DNA from: Candidatus Cloacimonadota bacterium | Lineage (GTDB): Bacteria; Cloacimonadota; Cloacimonadia; G963667145 | Direction of reading: 5' to 3' | Length of the DNA stretch: 64,000 nucleotides | Assembly: GCA_963676615.1 (NCBI GenBank) | Contig: OY781092.1 | Coordinates: 129,413 to 193,412, forward strand | Shown here: positions 1 to 10,431 of the stretch, piece after piece | How positions within the stretch are numbered: the stretch's first letter is position 1 | How the letters are laid out: each line of letters starts with the position of its first letter | Program-made: the position numbers and the translations under genes | The notes under the pieces: model-generated | Database searches by the model: none | What the model was told of the DNA's origin: nothing | Seen by the model: only the letters and a program-made list of their open reading frames with translations

Positions 1-276
1 CCGCTGATTACCACCAACTGCGCTGTGCTTGGCGTGGCGATTTTGAATGTGCAATCTAAATGGCAAGACGGAGTTTCGTATAATTTCATCGAAGTGGTTT
101 TGCAGGGATTTTTCTCGGGAGTCGGATTTACGCTGGTGCTGGTTTTGATGGCTGGTATTCGCGAGAAACTCGAGACGGCGCCAGTGCCAGAGTCGCTCAA
201 GGGAATGCCGATGGCGTTTATCATTGCGGGCTGTATGGCGCTAGCTTTTTTAGGTTTTTCTGGATTTAAAATCTAG
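1..276 (+). CDS. rnfA: Rnf electron-transport complex subunit A/E, C-terminal part; gene continues upstream of the window
   Basis: Translating in frame from nt 1 gives ...[16 protein letters not shown]..., the conserved RnfA/RnfE motif, followed by hydrophobic TM segments. No stop lies between nt 1 and the GTG at 25 listed in the ORF track. rnfB follows directly. Confidence 0.65.
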   Translation, partial: PLITTNCAVLGVAILNVQSKWQDGVSYNFIEVVLQGFFSGVGFTLVLVLMAGIREKLETAPVPESLKGMPMAFIIAGCMALAFLGFSGFKI

Positions 277-295
277 CATTTGTAGGGGAACGATT

Positions 296-1279
296 ATGGA
301 TTTTATTTTATACCCAATGGCTGTAGTTGGCGGATTGGGCGCTATTTATGGAATTATTTTGGCGTTTGCCTCGATAAAATTTAAGGTCGAAGTTGACCCG
401 AAAATCGAGCAGGTGATGGCTGTAACCCCGAAAGTGAATTGCGGCGCATGCGGCTATCCTGGTTGTGCTGGCTACGCCGAGGCGATTGTGAAAAATGGCG
501 AAGACATAACCAAATGCGCGCCAGGCGGAGCGGAAATGGTTCGACAGGTGTCGGAAATTATGGGCGTGAGCGTCGAAGCCAAAGAAAAAGAGGTCGCCGT
601 TATTTTATGTGGCTCTGGCGGAACAGACCGCACCAATGCCTCTTTCGACTATCAGGGTGTTAACCATTGCAAAATAATGGACTCCGTTGGAATGGGCGTA
701 AATAGTTGCGTTTACGGATGTTTAGGCGGAAACAGTTGCGTGGATGTTTGCGTTTTTGGAGCGATAGATTTGGACGAATTTGGCAACAAAACGGTAAACG
801 CCGAAAAGTGCACAGGTTGTGGTGCTTGCGTGCGAGAATGTCCGCGCGATTTGATAATCTTGGCGCCGATCAGCAAACAAGTGCATATCCGCTGCAGCAA
901 CAAAGAAAAGGGTGCGGCAGCAAAAGCAAATTGTGGCGCTGCGGCGTGTATCGGTTGCAAACTTTGCGAAAAAAAATGTCCTGTCGGCGCGATTTCGGTT
1001 GTCGATAATTTGGCGAGAATCGATTACGAAAAGTGCGTTTCGTGCGGATTGTGTGCTGGCGTTTGCCCAACGGGCGTTATTTTAGACCAAAAAGGTAGCC
1101 GCGGAAAAGCAAAAATCGGCGACGGTTGCATCGGTTGCACAAAGTGCGTCAAAATTTGTCCGACGGGCGCTATCTCTGGCAAATTAAAAGAAAAACACAA
1201 AGTCGATGTCGAGAAATGCATCGGTTGCGAGGCTTGTGTCGGCGAGTGTGTCAAAAATGCGATCGAGATTTTCGGCTAG
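296..1279 (+). CDS. rnfB: Rnf complex subunit B, polyferredoxin type
   Basis: N-terminal TM helix plus RnfB-type Cys cluster (CGACGYPGC), then about five CxxCxxCxxxCP [4Fe-4S] motifs. Sits directly downstream of rnfA. Confidence 0.7.
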   Translation: MDFILYPMAVVGGLGAIYGIILAFASIKFKVEVDPKIEQVMAVTPKVNCGACGYPGCAGYAEAIVKNGEDITKCAPGGAEMVRQVSEIMGVSVEAKEKEVAVILCGSGGTDRTNASFDYQGVNHCKIMDSVGMGVNSCVYGCLGGNSCVDVCVFGAIDLDEFGNKTVNAEKCTGCGACVRECPRDLIILAPISKQVHIRCSNKEKGAAAKANCGAAACIGCKLCEKKCPVGAISVVDNLARIDYEKCVSCGLCAGVCPTGVILDQKGSRGKAKIGDGCIGCTKCVKICPTGAISGKLKEKHKVDVEKCIGCEACVGECVKNAIEIFG

Positions 1280-1350
1280 CGATTGCGAAACGAAAAATTT
1301 GACCTTGAGGATGAGAGCAAAAATTCTTTGAGGTCTTTTTTTTTGAGAAT

Positions 1351-3228
1351 GTGAGGTTTGAGGAAGTTATGAGTTTGAAAAAAGAGCTGGGTTTTTGGGA
1401 TATTTTTTGCATTTCGTCGGGAGCGATGATTAGTTCTGGGTTGTTCATTTTGCCCGCCATAGCCTACTCTTTGTGCGGCAGGAGCGTCTTTGTCGCCTAT
1501 TTTTTGGCTGGCGTTTTGGTGCTTCCGTCTTTGTTTTCAAAAGCCGAACTAGCTACAGCGATGCCCAAATCTGGCGGCGACTATTTCCACATAGACAGGA
1601 GCCTGGGACCGATTGCGGGCACACTCTCGGGGATGGCTGCGTGGTTTTCGCTCAGCTTCAAAAGCGCCTTCGCCCTCTTGGGAATCGGGGCGTTCGTAAG
1701 GATTCTTATGCCCGATTTTCCGATGTGGCAGATCAAGCTGGTGGCGAGCATTTTTTGCGTAATTTTTATGCTCCTCAATATCTACGGGACGAAGCACGCA
1801 GGCAATTTGCAGATTTTTTTGGTTCTTTTTTTGCTGGCGATTTTGTTCTATTTTGTGGCGGTCGGCTTGCCCCAAGTTGATTTCTCTTTTTATCTGAACG
1901 ACAAAAATTTTTTGCCCGCTCACCGAGTTCTTTTGGGAACAGTCGGCACGATTTTCGTCTCTTATGGCGGTCTGACCAAAGTGGTGAGCGTCGCCGAAGA
2001 GACGAAAAATGTCTCTCGAAATTTGCCGCTGGGGATGATTTCCGCCTTTGTGGTGGTCACTCTGCTCTATGTTTTGGTCGTTTTTACGACAGTGGGAATT
2101 TTGCAAAACGGTATAATCCAAAACGGACAGCCGACTTTGACGCCGATTTCCGACGCCGCTTCCGTTTTTATGGGACCAATCGGGGGCGTGCTTTTGGCGA
2201 TTGCTGCGCTGCTTGCTTTCGTTTCCACAGGAAATGCTGGGATTATGGCAGCCTCCAGAACGCCGATGGCAATGGCGAAAGACAAGCTCCTGCCAGCGAC
2301 TTTCGGCAAGCTATTTGGCAAAGGGCAAACGCCGCTAGTCTCCATCGTCTTCACCTCGCTGTTTATGATAGCGGTCATTTTGTTCCTCGACCTCAAAATG
2401 CTTATCAAAACCGCATCCACTCTCAAAATTTTGCTTTTTGCCACCTCCAATTTGGTGCTGATCGTGATGCGAGAGAGCAAAATGAGCAACTACCGCCCGC
2501 AGTTTCGCTCGCCCTTGTATCCGTGGCTACAGGTTTTCGGACTCATCGCCTACGCGCTGTTGCTTTTTGAAATGGGCACAGCTCCGCTACTCATTTCGGC
2601 AGGATTTATCGTCGTAAGTTTCTTGTGGTATTGGTTTTATGGCAGACGACATACCGACCGCGCCTATGTTTTGCAAAATATTATCGAGCGAATAATCGGG
2701 AAAAAACTTTGCCACAAAAGTTTTTCGGAAGAGTTGCGGGAGATACTTCTGCAGCGGGAGCAGATAATTACCGACTTTTTTGACGAAACTGTGCTCAGGG
2801 CGAAAGTGCTGGACATTCCTGCTTCTGTCACGCAGCAGACGGCGCTGGAGATGATTAGCCAGACGCTTTGTGAGCGATTGGGCGGACAAAGCAGCTACTA
2901 CCTGCAAAAATTGCAGGAGCGAGAAAAAATCGGCAGCACCCTCATCAACTCGTTTTTGGCAATCCCGCACATCGTTTTGGAGGGCGAAAATCTTTTTGAG
3001 CTGGTGATTGTTCGCTCTCGTCAGGGCATCGATTATGGTGATGCGCAGCACAAAGCTCACGCCGTTTTTGCGCTGGTCGGCTCGCCAGATATGCGCACCA
3101 AGCACCTGAAAGCGCTGGCGGCTTTGGCGCAAATCGTGCAAAATCAGTCGTTTGCGCAGCGATGGATGAAAGCCCAATACGAGTCCGAGCTAAAAGATGT
3201 GTTGATTTTGGCATCTCGGAGGCGTTGA
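1351..3228 (+). CDS. APC-family amino-acid permease fused to a C-terminal PTS EIIA (Ntr/fructose type) domain
   Basis: N-terminal ~430 aa has about 12 hydrophobic helices and an APC-permease N-terminus (GFWDIFCISSGAMISSGLF). The C-terminal ~150 aa matches the EIIA-2/PtsN pattern (EREKIGSTLINSFLAIPHIVLE ... AHAVFALVGSPDMRTKHLKALAALAQ) and retains the phosphorylatable His in AIPH. Confidence 0.7.
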   Translation: MRFEEVMSLKKELGFWDIFCISSGAMISSGLFILPAIAYSLCGRSVFVAYFLAGVLVLPSLFSKAELATAMPKSGGDYFHIDRSLGPIAGTLSGMAAWFSLSFKSAFALLGIGAFVRILMPDFPMWQIKLVASIFCVIFMLLNIYGTKHAGNLQIFLVLFLLAILFYFVAVGLPQVDFSFYLNDKNFLPAHRVLLGTVGTIFVSYGGLTKVVSVAEETKNVSRNLPLGMISAFVVVTLLYVLVVFTTVGILQNGIIQNGQPTLTPISDAASVFMGPIGGVLLAIAALLAFVSTGNAGIMAASRTPMAMAKDKLLPATFGKLFGKGQTPLVSIVFTSLFMIAVILFLDLKMLIKTASTLKILLFATSNLVLIVMRESKMSNYRPQFRSPLYPWLQVFGLIAYALLLFEMGTAPLLISAGFIVVSFLWYWFYGRRHTDRAYVLQNIIERIIGKKLCHKSFSEELREILLQREQIITDFFDETVLRAKVLDIPASVTQQTALEMISQTLCERLGGQSSYYLQKLQEREKIGSTLINSFLAIPHIVLEGENLFELVIVRSRQGIDYGDAQHKAHAVFALVGSPDMRTKHLKALAALAQIVQNQSFAQRWMKAQYESELKDVLILASRRR

Positions 3229-3229
3229 T

Positions 3230-5815
3230 TTGCTAAAAAATTTTTTTGCTCTTTTGCTATTTCCGACTTTTTTGAGCGCCGCTTTTTGGAATTGGGAGTA
3301 TATTTCTAGCAAGCATTTTCAGGGCTATTATCGAAAAGGCGACAAAAATCAGGCGATAAAAGGGCTGTATTTTTTGGAAAAATACAAAAGCAAAATCGAC
3401 TCGCTGACCGGATTTGAGCAGACGGGAGCTTTCAATTTGGGCTACCATTTTTTGGAAATTCCCAAAATTTTTTCGTCGGGAAAAATCGAGCAAAAAATCC
3501 CAGTCGTCTTTCAAAATATGGGTCAAGCCAACGGTTACGCCAATCCGACGAAGCCCAAAATCTCGCTTTTTTATAGCAAGGTTCGCGCCGACGGATTTGC
3601 CTGGAGCGACAACTGGTATCGGATGGTGGCTGTTCACGAATACACGCACATCGCCCAGATGACCGCGAAAAACGGCGATTTGCTGGCGGCATTTTTGGGA
3701 GATTGGGTCAGCCCGAATATCTATCAGCCGCTTTGGCTTCTGGAAGGTTACACCGTTTACAGCGAGTCACAAATTTCTGTCAGCGGCGGCAGGCTGAACA
3801 ATGGGATTTTTTCGGCAATCGCCAGTTCGCAAAAATTTTTCGGCACAGCGCCCAACTTGCAGCAGCTCACATTTCACGACTATAGCCAATTTCCGTCCAG
3901 CGCGCCCTATCTTTATGGCGGAATTTTGCTGGAATATCTGGCAAAAACCTACGGCGAACAAGCGCTAAGGCGATATGTGGAGGCGATTGACAATCAAGGC
4001 TTTTTTGCAATTTTCAACACCGTTTTCCCGAGATTTTTTATGGACAGAGCGGCGAAAAAAGTTTTTGGCGAAAATTTCCACACTTTATACGCCCGAGCTT
4101 TGGCTGATTTACCGGCGGCAAAAATTGATGCAAAGCGAGAGCTTGACGGAGTCTCTGCTGGCAGCGTCTTGGAATTTTTGGTCAGCCAAGACGCGTGCTA
4201 TTACACGGTGGCAGAGTTCAACTTTTCTGGAGCGGCAGTCGCTCGGCTCTACCGCTGGGAAAATGGCGAGTCGGAGCTTATAACGAGTTTGCCCTATGCC
4301 GACGACTACGATTTTCAGTTGCAAGGGACGAAACTTTTTTACCGCAAAGCTGTCATCAAAAGGGGCTTTGCCAACATTGAGCAGCAAGGTTTTGGCGTTT
4401 GCCATCAGCTGTTTTTTTATGATTTGCAAGAAGGCGAGGAAGAGCGATTTTTGGCGGAAGCCGTGCAAAGTTTCGCCGTCAACCAAGAGGGCGGCGTTTA
4501 TTTTACCAAAGCCAGCGCCAGTGGCTATGGCAGCGATTTATTTTACAAAAAAGCGGATGGAGAGCCAGAGCTGATTTTGCAACTGAATAGAGCTGTGTCG
4601 CAATTGCGCTTGCACGATGAAGGCTTGATTTTGACCGCAAAGCCAGAGCTAGGCGCTTTGGGCATCTATTCTTGGCAAAAAGGCGATAAATTTCTGACGC
4701 CGCTGCTGAACTCCGCTTGGGTCGAGATTTCGCCGCAAATTGTGGACGGAAAGCTTTATTACACAGCCAATTACGGCAAAAAAGTTGGCGGATACTGCTA
4801 CGATTTGGCGACGAAAAAGGCGGAAAAAATCACCGCAGCCGATTTTGTCAAAGGCGCTTATTTTTTTCAGGGCGAGCTTTACTATCTCGGTTTGGGCAAA
4901 GACGGTTATCGCTTGTGCAGAGCCGAGCCAACGCCGAAGCCAGTGAATTTGCCGCCGAATCAGACGGAACAAACGCCGAATTACCAGCTTTTGCAATACA
5001 CGGAGCATGGCAACGCGGCTTTGCGGAATTTGGCGTCGATTTTGGTGCCCGACATCCGATTGTCGCCGCTTTTTCAGCAAGGAACGGACATTTTGGGCTC
5101 GACTAACTACGCTTTGAGCTTTGGCGCGCGCACCTCGCTTGTTATGTCCACGACCATTTTCGAGCCTTTGCTGGTCAGCGTCCTTCTGGAATCGAGTCGC
5201 CATTGCCTTGCCACAGGCGCTTTCCCCGTTTACACCTCGCTAAATTTCGGGCTCGCCAATGTTTATCTGCTGGCAGGCTACGAATACAAAAGCGCATCGT
5301 GGAACAACTCGCTTGCCGACGACGAAGATGTTTTTGCGGGAGTGGAGTGTGTTTTTAATTTTCCCGACGACTATCTGAGCGTAAACTCCACCTACGACGA
5401 CGAGGACGAAATCGACATTCAGGCGGAATTTGACCACTATTTCAAAAATGCGCAAGTCGGTTTTTTGGGCAAAGTTGAAAAAATTAACGACGAAAAATTG
5501 CGCTGGCATCAAAAGAAAAAAAACGGTTTGATTTTTTACTCTCACAAAATTGTCGAAATAAACGACGGATTGTGGACGCCGAGCGTTTTTTGGCAAGACC
5601 TCGCTCTGAAAATTTTTGCCGATTACGACAAAGGCGAAAATTCAAAAAACAGTTTTGAGGTTGACACCAAATTTGGCGCTGGTTTTGTTCCCAAAATAAA
5701 GGCTTTGCAAGGTTTTTTGACTGCTGATTTGGAATTTGGCGTGCAGTGGCAAAAAGCCGCAGAGCACAAAGATTATCGTCCAGAATTTTACGCAAATCTG
5801 GTTTTGAGCTACTAA
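3230..5815 (+). CDS. secreted 861-aa protein with a peptidase-MA-like zincin motif, TTG start
   Basis: N-terminal signal-like segment ([13 protein letters not shown]). HEYTH followed by WLLEGYTVY resembles the peptidase_MA_2 HExxH...EG signature. Long C-terminal region ends in an aromatic-rich stretch. Confidence 0.4.
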   Translation: MLKNFFALLLFPTFLSAAFWNWEYISSKHFQGYYRKGDKNQAIKGLYFLEKYKSKIDSLTGFEQTGAFNLGYHFLEIPKIFSSGKIEQKIPVVFQNMGQANGYANPTKPKISLFYSKVRADGFAWSDNWYRMVAVHEYTHIAQMTAKNGDLLAAFLGDWVSPNIYQPLWLLEGYTVYSESQISVSGGRLNNGIFSAIASSQKFFGTAPNLQQLTFHDYSQFPSSAPYLYGGILLEYLAKTYGEQALRRYVEAIDNQGFFAIFNTVFPRFFMDRAAKKVFGENFHTLYARALADLPAAKIDAKRELDGVSAGSVLEFLVSQDACYYTVAEFNFSGAAVARLYRWENGESELITSLPYADDYDFQLQGTKLFYRKAVIKRGFANIEQQGFGVCHQLFFYDLQEGEEERFLAEAVQSFAVNQEGGVYFTKASASGYGSDLFYKKADGEPELILQLNRAVSQLRLHDEGLILTAKPELGALGIYSWQKGDKFLTPLLNSAWVEISPQIVDGKLYYTANYGKKVGGYCYDLATKKAEKITAADFVKGAYFFQGELYYLGLGKDGYRLCRAEPTPKPVNLPPNQTEQTPNYQLLQYTEHGNAALRNLASILVPDIRLSPLFQQGTDILGSTNYALSFGARTSLVMSTTIFEPLLVSVLLESSRHCLATGAFPVYTSLNFGLANVYLLAGYEYKSASWNNSLADDEDVFAGVECVFNFPDDYLSVNSTYDDEDEIDIQAEFDHYFKNAQVGFLGKVEKINDEKLRWHQKKKNGLIFYSHKIVEINDGLWTPSVFWQDLALKIFADYDKGENSKNSFEVDTKFGAGFVPKIKALQGFLTADLEFGVQWQKAAEHKDYRPEFYANLVLSY

Positions 5816-5828
5816 AAAAGGGGGAAGC

Positions 5829-6245
5829 GTGAAAAGTTTTCGCAAAGAGCTGAAGTTCACGGTGCAGGGCAGACGCGGCTACATAAACATTACGCCCAAA
5901 GTCGAGCAGGCGCTGGCGGAGAGCGGCGTCAGAGATGGGCTGTGCCTTGTCAACGCGATGCACATCACGGCGAGTGTCTATATCAACGACGACGAGCAGG
6001 GGCTTTTGCAAGATTATGACCGCTGGCTGGAAAAACTCGCTCCGCACGAACCTGTGGAAAGTTACGCCCACAACGGCTACGAAGACAACGGCGACGCGCA
6101 TTGTAAACGACAGATAATGGGCAGAGAGGTCGTTGTGGCGGTGACGGACGGCAAGCTCGATTTCGGACCTTGGGAGCAGATTTTTTACGGCGAGTTCGAC
6201 GGCAATCGCCCTAAACGAGTGTTAATCAAAATAATCGGAGAGTGA
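5829..6245 (+). CDS. YjbQ/UPF0047 family protein
   Basis: 138 aa. Length and overall pattern recalled as YjbQ-like. Stop overlaps the next gene's start. Confidence 0.5.
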   Translation: MKSFRKELKFTVQGRRGYINITPKVEQALAESGVRDGLCLVNAMHITASVYINDDEQGLLQDYDRWLEKLAPHEPVESYAHNGYEDNGDAHCKRQIMGREVVVAVTDGKLDFGPWEQIFYGEFDGNRPKRVLIKIIGE

Positions 6246-7237
6246 CGATTTTGCCGCAAAAAATTTTGCTCATTCGGTTTAGCTCGATTGGGGACATCAT
6301 CATAACTACCCCGATTATCAAGAGTTTGCGAGAAAAATTTCCGCACGCTCAAATCGACTATCTGACCAAAAAAAAGTTTGCTCCTCTTTTGGAGAATAAT
6401 CCAGATTTGAGCAAAATTTGGGAATACGACAAACGGGAAACGAGCCTAAGTCAGCAAAAAAAAGCGCTGAAAGCGGAAAAATACGATTTAGTTATCGATT
6501 TGCATAACAGCTTGCGTTCTCGTATTTTACGGCTTTGGCTGGCAAAAAAAGTGCTGGTTTATGCCAAGCCGTATTTTCGGCGTTTACTTCTCACGAAATT
6601 TGGAATTAACTTTTTGCAGGACGCCAAGCCGATTTATCAGCGCTATTATCAAGCTTGTAAAGCGCTGAAATTGAAAGAGTATCGTAACTATTTTGTCCAC
6701 TATTTGCCGACCGATGCTCAAAAAATCGAAAATCTTGTTACGCGAGAAAATTTTGTGCTTGTGTCACTGTCGGCGGCGCATTTTACCAAAAAGTGGCAGC
6801 TGGAGAAATTTGCCGAGGTGATTGAGCGGTTGAGCGTCCCGCAAGTGATTGTGCTTGGCGGCAAGCAAGAGCAAAAAGAGGCGGAGCGCTTGAAAAATAT
6901 TTGTGCTAGCCCAGAAAAAATTTTGAATTTGTGCGGTCAACTCGATCTTTTGCAGACGGCGGCTTTGTTTGCAAAATCGAAACTTCTCATCTGTCACGAC
7001 AGCGGGCTTTTGCATTTGGCGCAGTCGCAAAATTTAGCCTGTGTGGCAATTTTTGGTTGCACGAGCAAAGAGCTGGGATTTTTCCCGATTAACGAAAATT
7101 GCGTTGTCGTGCAGGCGGATGTGAGCTGCCGACCATGCACAGCCAAAGGGCTTGCCGCTTGCCCTCGTGGGCATTTTCGCTGTATGCGCGAAATTTCGGT
7201 GGAGATGGTGCTTGAGCAGGCGGAGAGGTTGCTATGA
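6242..7237 (+). CDS. glycosyltransferase family 9 (LPS heptosyltransferase-like)
   Basis: N-terminus [28 protein letters not shown] is typical of GT9 heptosyltransferases. GTG start. Overlaps waaA by 4 nt. Confidence 0.65.
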   Translation: MTILPQKILLIRFSSIGDIIITTPIIKSLREKFPHAQIDYLTKKKFAPLLENNPDLSKIWEYDKRETSLSQQKKALKAEKYDLVIDLHNSLRSRILRLWLAKKVLVYAKPYFRRLLLTKFGINFLQDAKPIYQRYYQACKALKLKEYRNYFVHYLPTDAQKIENLVTRENFVLVSLSAAHFTKKWQLEKFAEVIERLSVPQVIVLGGKQEQKEAERLKNICASPEKILNLCGQLDLLQTAALFAKSKLLICHDSGLLHLAQSQNLACVAIFGCTSKELGFFPINENCVVVQADVSCRPCTAKGLAACPRGHFRCMREISVEMVLEQAERLL

Positions 7238-8505
7238 GCGGGCTTTATAACTATCTGTTTTTGCCAATTGTGTTGGCGCTTCTTCCGTTGGCGAAAATTT
7301 TCAACAAAAAAATAGCACAATCTCTTGAGGTGCGCAAAAACTTGTTCGCCGAATTAGAGGAAAATTTGCAAAAATTAGAGCAAAATCGTCCGAGAATTTT
7401 GGTGCATAGCACTTCGGTTGGTGAGTGGTTGCAAGCAGAGTCGATTGTCGCGCGGCTCAAGAAAAGAAATCCGCAGCTGGCGGTGATTGCTAGCTTTTTT
7501 TCGCCATCGGGCTACAATTTTGTCGGCGAAAATCACCCGCTTATAGATGTGAAAACATATTTGCCGCTGGACACACGACGGAACGCCAAAAAATTTTTTG
7601 CGCTCATTCAGCCGAAATTTTGGCTGATTTCCAAGTTGGATGTTTGGGCAAATCACCTTTGGCAAGCCAAAAAAATGGGCGTCAAAGTTTTCCTCAGTTG
7701 CGCTACACTTACCAAAATTTCTGGTCGTGACAAGGGGTTGTCCGTTTTTTTTCATCGCAAACTTTACGCCAATATTGACGCGATGTTTCCCATTTCGCGT
7801 CAGGACAAACTGCGCCTTGCGAAGTTGTATGCGGGCAAGATGGTCGTTTGCGGGGACACCAAGCACGATTTGGTGATTGCCGCATCGCAGAAGCCGCTGA
7901 ATGCGTCGCTGCATTATTCGAGCGACGAGGTCGTTTTTGTTGCTGGCAGTATTTGGGCAGAAGGGGCGAAAGTTTTGTTCCCCGTTTTTGAAAAAATTTT
8001 GTCTAAATTTCCGAAATTTAAGCTCATTTTGGCGCCGCACGATTTGCGATTTGTGGACGAATTTTGTCGATATTTTCCGCAAGCGGCGCGATACTCTAGT
8101 GTGAAAAAGGGAGCTAGCCCGCAGGTAGTGGTGGTGGATAGCATTGGGCAGCTGGCGGGGCTCTATCGCTTTGCTCAAGTCGCTTATGTGGGTGGAGGTT
8201 TTGCCAATTTTGGGTTGCACAATGTTATCGAAGCGGCGGTGTTTGCGCCACTTTTGTGGGTCGGTCCGCAATTTCACTCCTCGCACGAAGCTGAGCAGAT
8301 GGTGAGCCAAAAGGCGATTACGGTCATTAGCAGCACGCAGCAAGCGGAGAAAGAACTTCTCGAATTTTTGCAAAATCGCCAGAAGTTTGACAAACAAAGA
8401 AAAGCTTGCGGCGATTATGTGCGAAAAAATCAGGGAGCGACAGAAAAAATCGTTCGAGCGCTGCTGGTGGAGATGGAGAGTTCTGAAGCCAAAAGGTTTT
8501 CATAA
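7234..8505 (+). CDS. waaA: 3-deoxy-D-manno-octulosonic acid (Kdo) transferase
   Basis: 423 aa. N-terminal TM helix, then ILVHSTSVGEWLQAESIVARLKKRNPQLAVIASFFSPSG, matching the KdtA N-domain signature. Confidence 0.75.
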   Translation: MSGLYNYLFLPIVLALLPLAKIFNKKIAQSLEVRKNLFAELEENLQKLEQNRPRILVHSTSVGEWLQAESIVARLKKRNPQLAVIASFFSPSGYNFVGENHPLIDVKTYLPLDTRRNAKKFFALIQPKFWLISKLDVWANHLWQAKKMGVKVFLSCATLTKISGRDKGLSVFFHRKLYANIDAMFPISRQDKLRLAKLYAGKMVVCGDTKHDLVIAASQKPLNASLHYSSDEVVFVAGSIWAEGAKVLFPVFEKILSKFPKFKLILAPHDLRFVDEFCRYFPQAARYSSVKKGASPQVVVVDSIGQLAGLYRFAQVAYVGGGFANFGLHNVIEAAVFAPLLWVGPQFHSSHEAEQMVSQKAITVISSTQQAEKELLEFLQNRQKFDKQRKACGDYVRKNQGATEKIVRALLVEMESSEAKRFS

Positions 8506-8510
8506 AAAAA

Positions 8511-8532
8511 GGGAAAGAATTTCTTCTTTCCC
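8511..8532. terminator. intrinsic terminator hairpin between convergent waaA (+) and decarboxylase (-) genes, probably bidirectional
   Basis: gggaaagaa / ttctttccc stem (9 bp, loop tttc). A7 run immediately 5' gives a T-run for the minus-strand transcript. T7 run lies 8 nt 3' on the plus strand. Confidence 0.55.
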
Positions 8533-8549
8533 CAAAAATATTTTTTTGC

Positions 8550-10406
8550 TTAAGCAATCTCTTCCAAAACCTTTTTCAAGGTGTTTATAAAATTGCCCCA
8601 ATACTGTTTGTAGTCCGTGTTGCTGATGAGCCAAGGCGAAAGAATGCAGGCTCTGAGAACGCGCACGCTTTTAATTTTGTCCCATTCTGATCCAGGAATT
8701 TTGCAGTTTTCCACAAAGCTTTTTGGAGCGTCGCCATAGTTGTCAAATTCCAGCTCCGTCTTCGATGTGATAAAGTCAGTTTTGTAGATTGCGCCTGTTT
8801 TGTATGAGCATTTGTCGAATATTTTTTGATTAAGCTCGTTCATAGCATCTAGGCTGGTGTTGCCCTTTTCGTTAACGGAAAAACACACAATGTTGAAATC
8901 TGGATTGGTGAGCGGCGTAATTGTGTAAGTTTTGTCTTTGATTTTGAACTCGCCAAGCTCGACTAAAGCGTCGTAAAATCTGTCTGCGCCCTCAAGGCTT
9001 TTGCCGATTATTCTGCCGTATCCGTTCAAATTTAGCGGAACAGCGCGGTGAGCAGTCCAAACTGCTGCAGCAGAAGCTCCAGCTTTTGAGCCTTCCATAA
9101 TGTATGAGCCAAGAAGAGTTGGGCTGTTTTTCATTCCTTTTTCCAGGACATAGTTGGCAAAATACGAAATCATATCCAAGATTCTTCTGTCGCGAACCAC
9201 TATTGCGCCAGCAGCGTAAGGGACATAGCCCATCTTGTGCGGGTCGATGGTAGTCGAATCAGCCTCGCCCATAACTTTGTAGGCGTCATAGACAGATTTT
9301 TTTGGCCAGTTGATCTCCTTGTGAAGAATTACGCCTTCTTTGTGGAGTTTTGCGTTCATTTTGTCGTAATCCATAAATTTGTTGTCTTCGTCCAAGAAAA
9401 TAGTCCTTGCATATCCGCCATAAGCGGCGTCGATATGAAGGTAGAAGTTGATGCCTTTTTGGCGATACTCTTTGCGCAAAGCAACAATAGCTGCCACATC
9501 GTCCACAGCGCCTTCTTCGGTTGAGCCCATAACGGTAACGACTCCCATAATTGGGATTTTTTTCTCAACCAAAGAGTCGATAGTTTCCCGCAAATGGTTT
9601 AAGTCGGTTCTGAAATTTTCGTCAACTTGAACATTGATTAGGTTGTTTTTTCCAATTCCCAGCACATCAGCAGCTTTTGGCCAAGAGTAGTGCTTGCTTT
9701 GAGGCACCAAGATTTTTCCGAATTTGCCCGATTGTGTTCCCATTCCGCGCACAGAATAGTCTCGCATCTCTTCAAACTTGCCTGCTTTACGGACTTCGTC
9801 CACCAAATCGAGGGTGTCGTCAACATTCATGTTCATAAGTTCCCACTCACTTTTGCCCTTTACAAGCTCCGGCATAACTTTGCTGATTGCATATGGGATA
9901 GATTTTGTGTTTCTTGCCATCCAAAAACCTTCGTAGTTGGCGATTGTTCCGCCGCAAGTGATGTGTCCCCAGCCTTTTTTCTCGTCATAACCCAACATTT
10001 TCGCCAAATCTTTTCCAGCTTCAATCTCCAGTTCTGTGGTTGCTGGGCTCCCTTCGTAGGCGCAGTTGTTGGGATTGTAGAGAATGGTGGACATATAGCC
10101 CAAATTCGCAGCCATAAGGGTGTCGGAGTTCATTTGCCCAAGATAGCGAGGCGAAAACCAAGGCATCGAATCTTTTTTTAATTTTTCAGACAGTTCTTTC
10201 AGGGCGTCCATTGTTCTTTGCTGAGTTTGTCTAAAAACTTCCTCTCTTTTTTCTTCTGGCCTTATGGAGTCGCTGTCGTGAGGATGAAACTCCTTTCGCC
10301 ATTCCATATGCTCATTCATCATCATATTTAGAGTCTCTTTAAAAAACTCCTCGTTCTCAGATTTTGGACCCAAAAATAGAGCGTTTACATTGTCCTTCTT
10401 TTCCAT
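8550..10406 (-). CDS. tyrDC: PLP-dependent group II amino-acid decarboxylase, tyrosine-decarboxylase-like (618 aa)
   Basis: Group II decarboxylase signatures: HITCGGTIANYEGFW, HIDAAYGG and a PLP-lysine context (DPHKMGYVPY). N-terminus NALFLGPKSENEEF...NEHMEWRKEFHPHD resembles the enterococcal and lactobacillal TyrDC N-terminus as I recall it. Paired with an APC antiporter. Confidence 0.7.
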   Translation of the reverse strand: MEKKDNVNALFLGPKSENEEFFKETLNMMMNEHMEWRKEFHPHDSDSIRPEEKREEVFRQTQQRTMDALKELSEKLKKDSMPWFSPRYLGQMNSDTLMAANLGYMSTILYNPNNCAYEGSPATTELEIEAGKDLAKMLGYDEKKGWGHITCGGTIANYEGFWMARNTKSIPYAISKVMPELVKGKSEWELMNMNVDDTLDLVDEVRKAGKFEEMRDYSVRGMGTQSGKFGKILVPQSKHYSWPKAADVLGIGKNNLINVQVDENFRTDLNHLRETIDSLVEKKIPIMGVVTVMGSTEEGAVDDVAAIVALRKEYRQKGINFYLHIDAAYGGYARTIFLDEDNKFMDYDKMNAKLHKEGVILHKEINWPKKSVYDAYKVMGEADSTTIDPHKMGYVPYAAGAIVVRDRRILDMISYFANYVLEKGMKNSPTLLGSYIMEGSKAGASAAAVWTAHRAVPLNLNGYGRIIGKSLEGADRFYDALVELGEFKIKDKTYTITPLTNPDFNIVCFSVNEKGNTSLDAMNELNQKIFDKCSYKTGAIYKTDFITSKTELEFDNYGDAPKSFVENCKIPGSEWDKIKSVRVLRACILSPWLISNTDYKQYWGNFINTLKKVLEEIA

Positions 10407-10431
10407 TATAATTTCCTCCTATTATTTTTAT

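Noticed and set aside
7375-8397. 340-aa minus-strand ORF antisense to waaA; similarly 22091..23359 antisense to cysS, 57892..58920 antisense to atpA, 15914..16519 antisense to modA
   Set aside because: Each is antisense to a conserved, motif-bearing gene and has biased basic composition. Treated as shadow ORFs.
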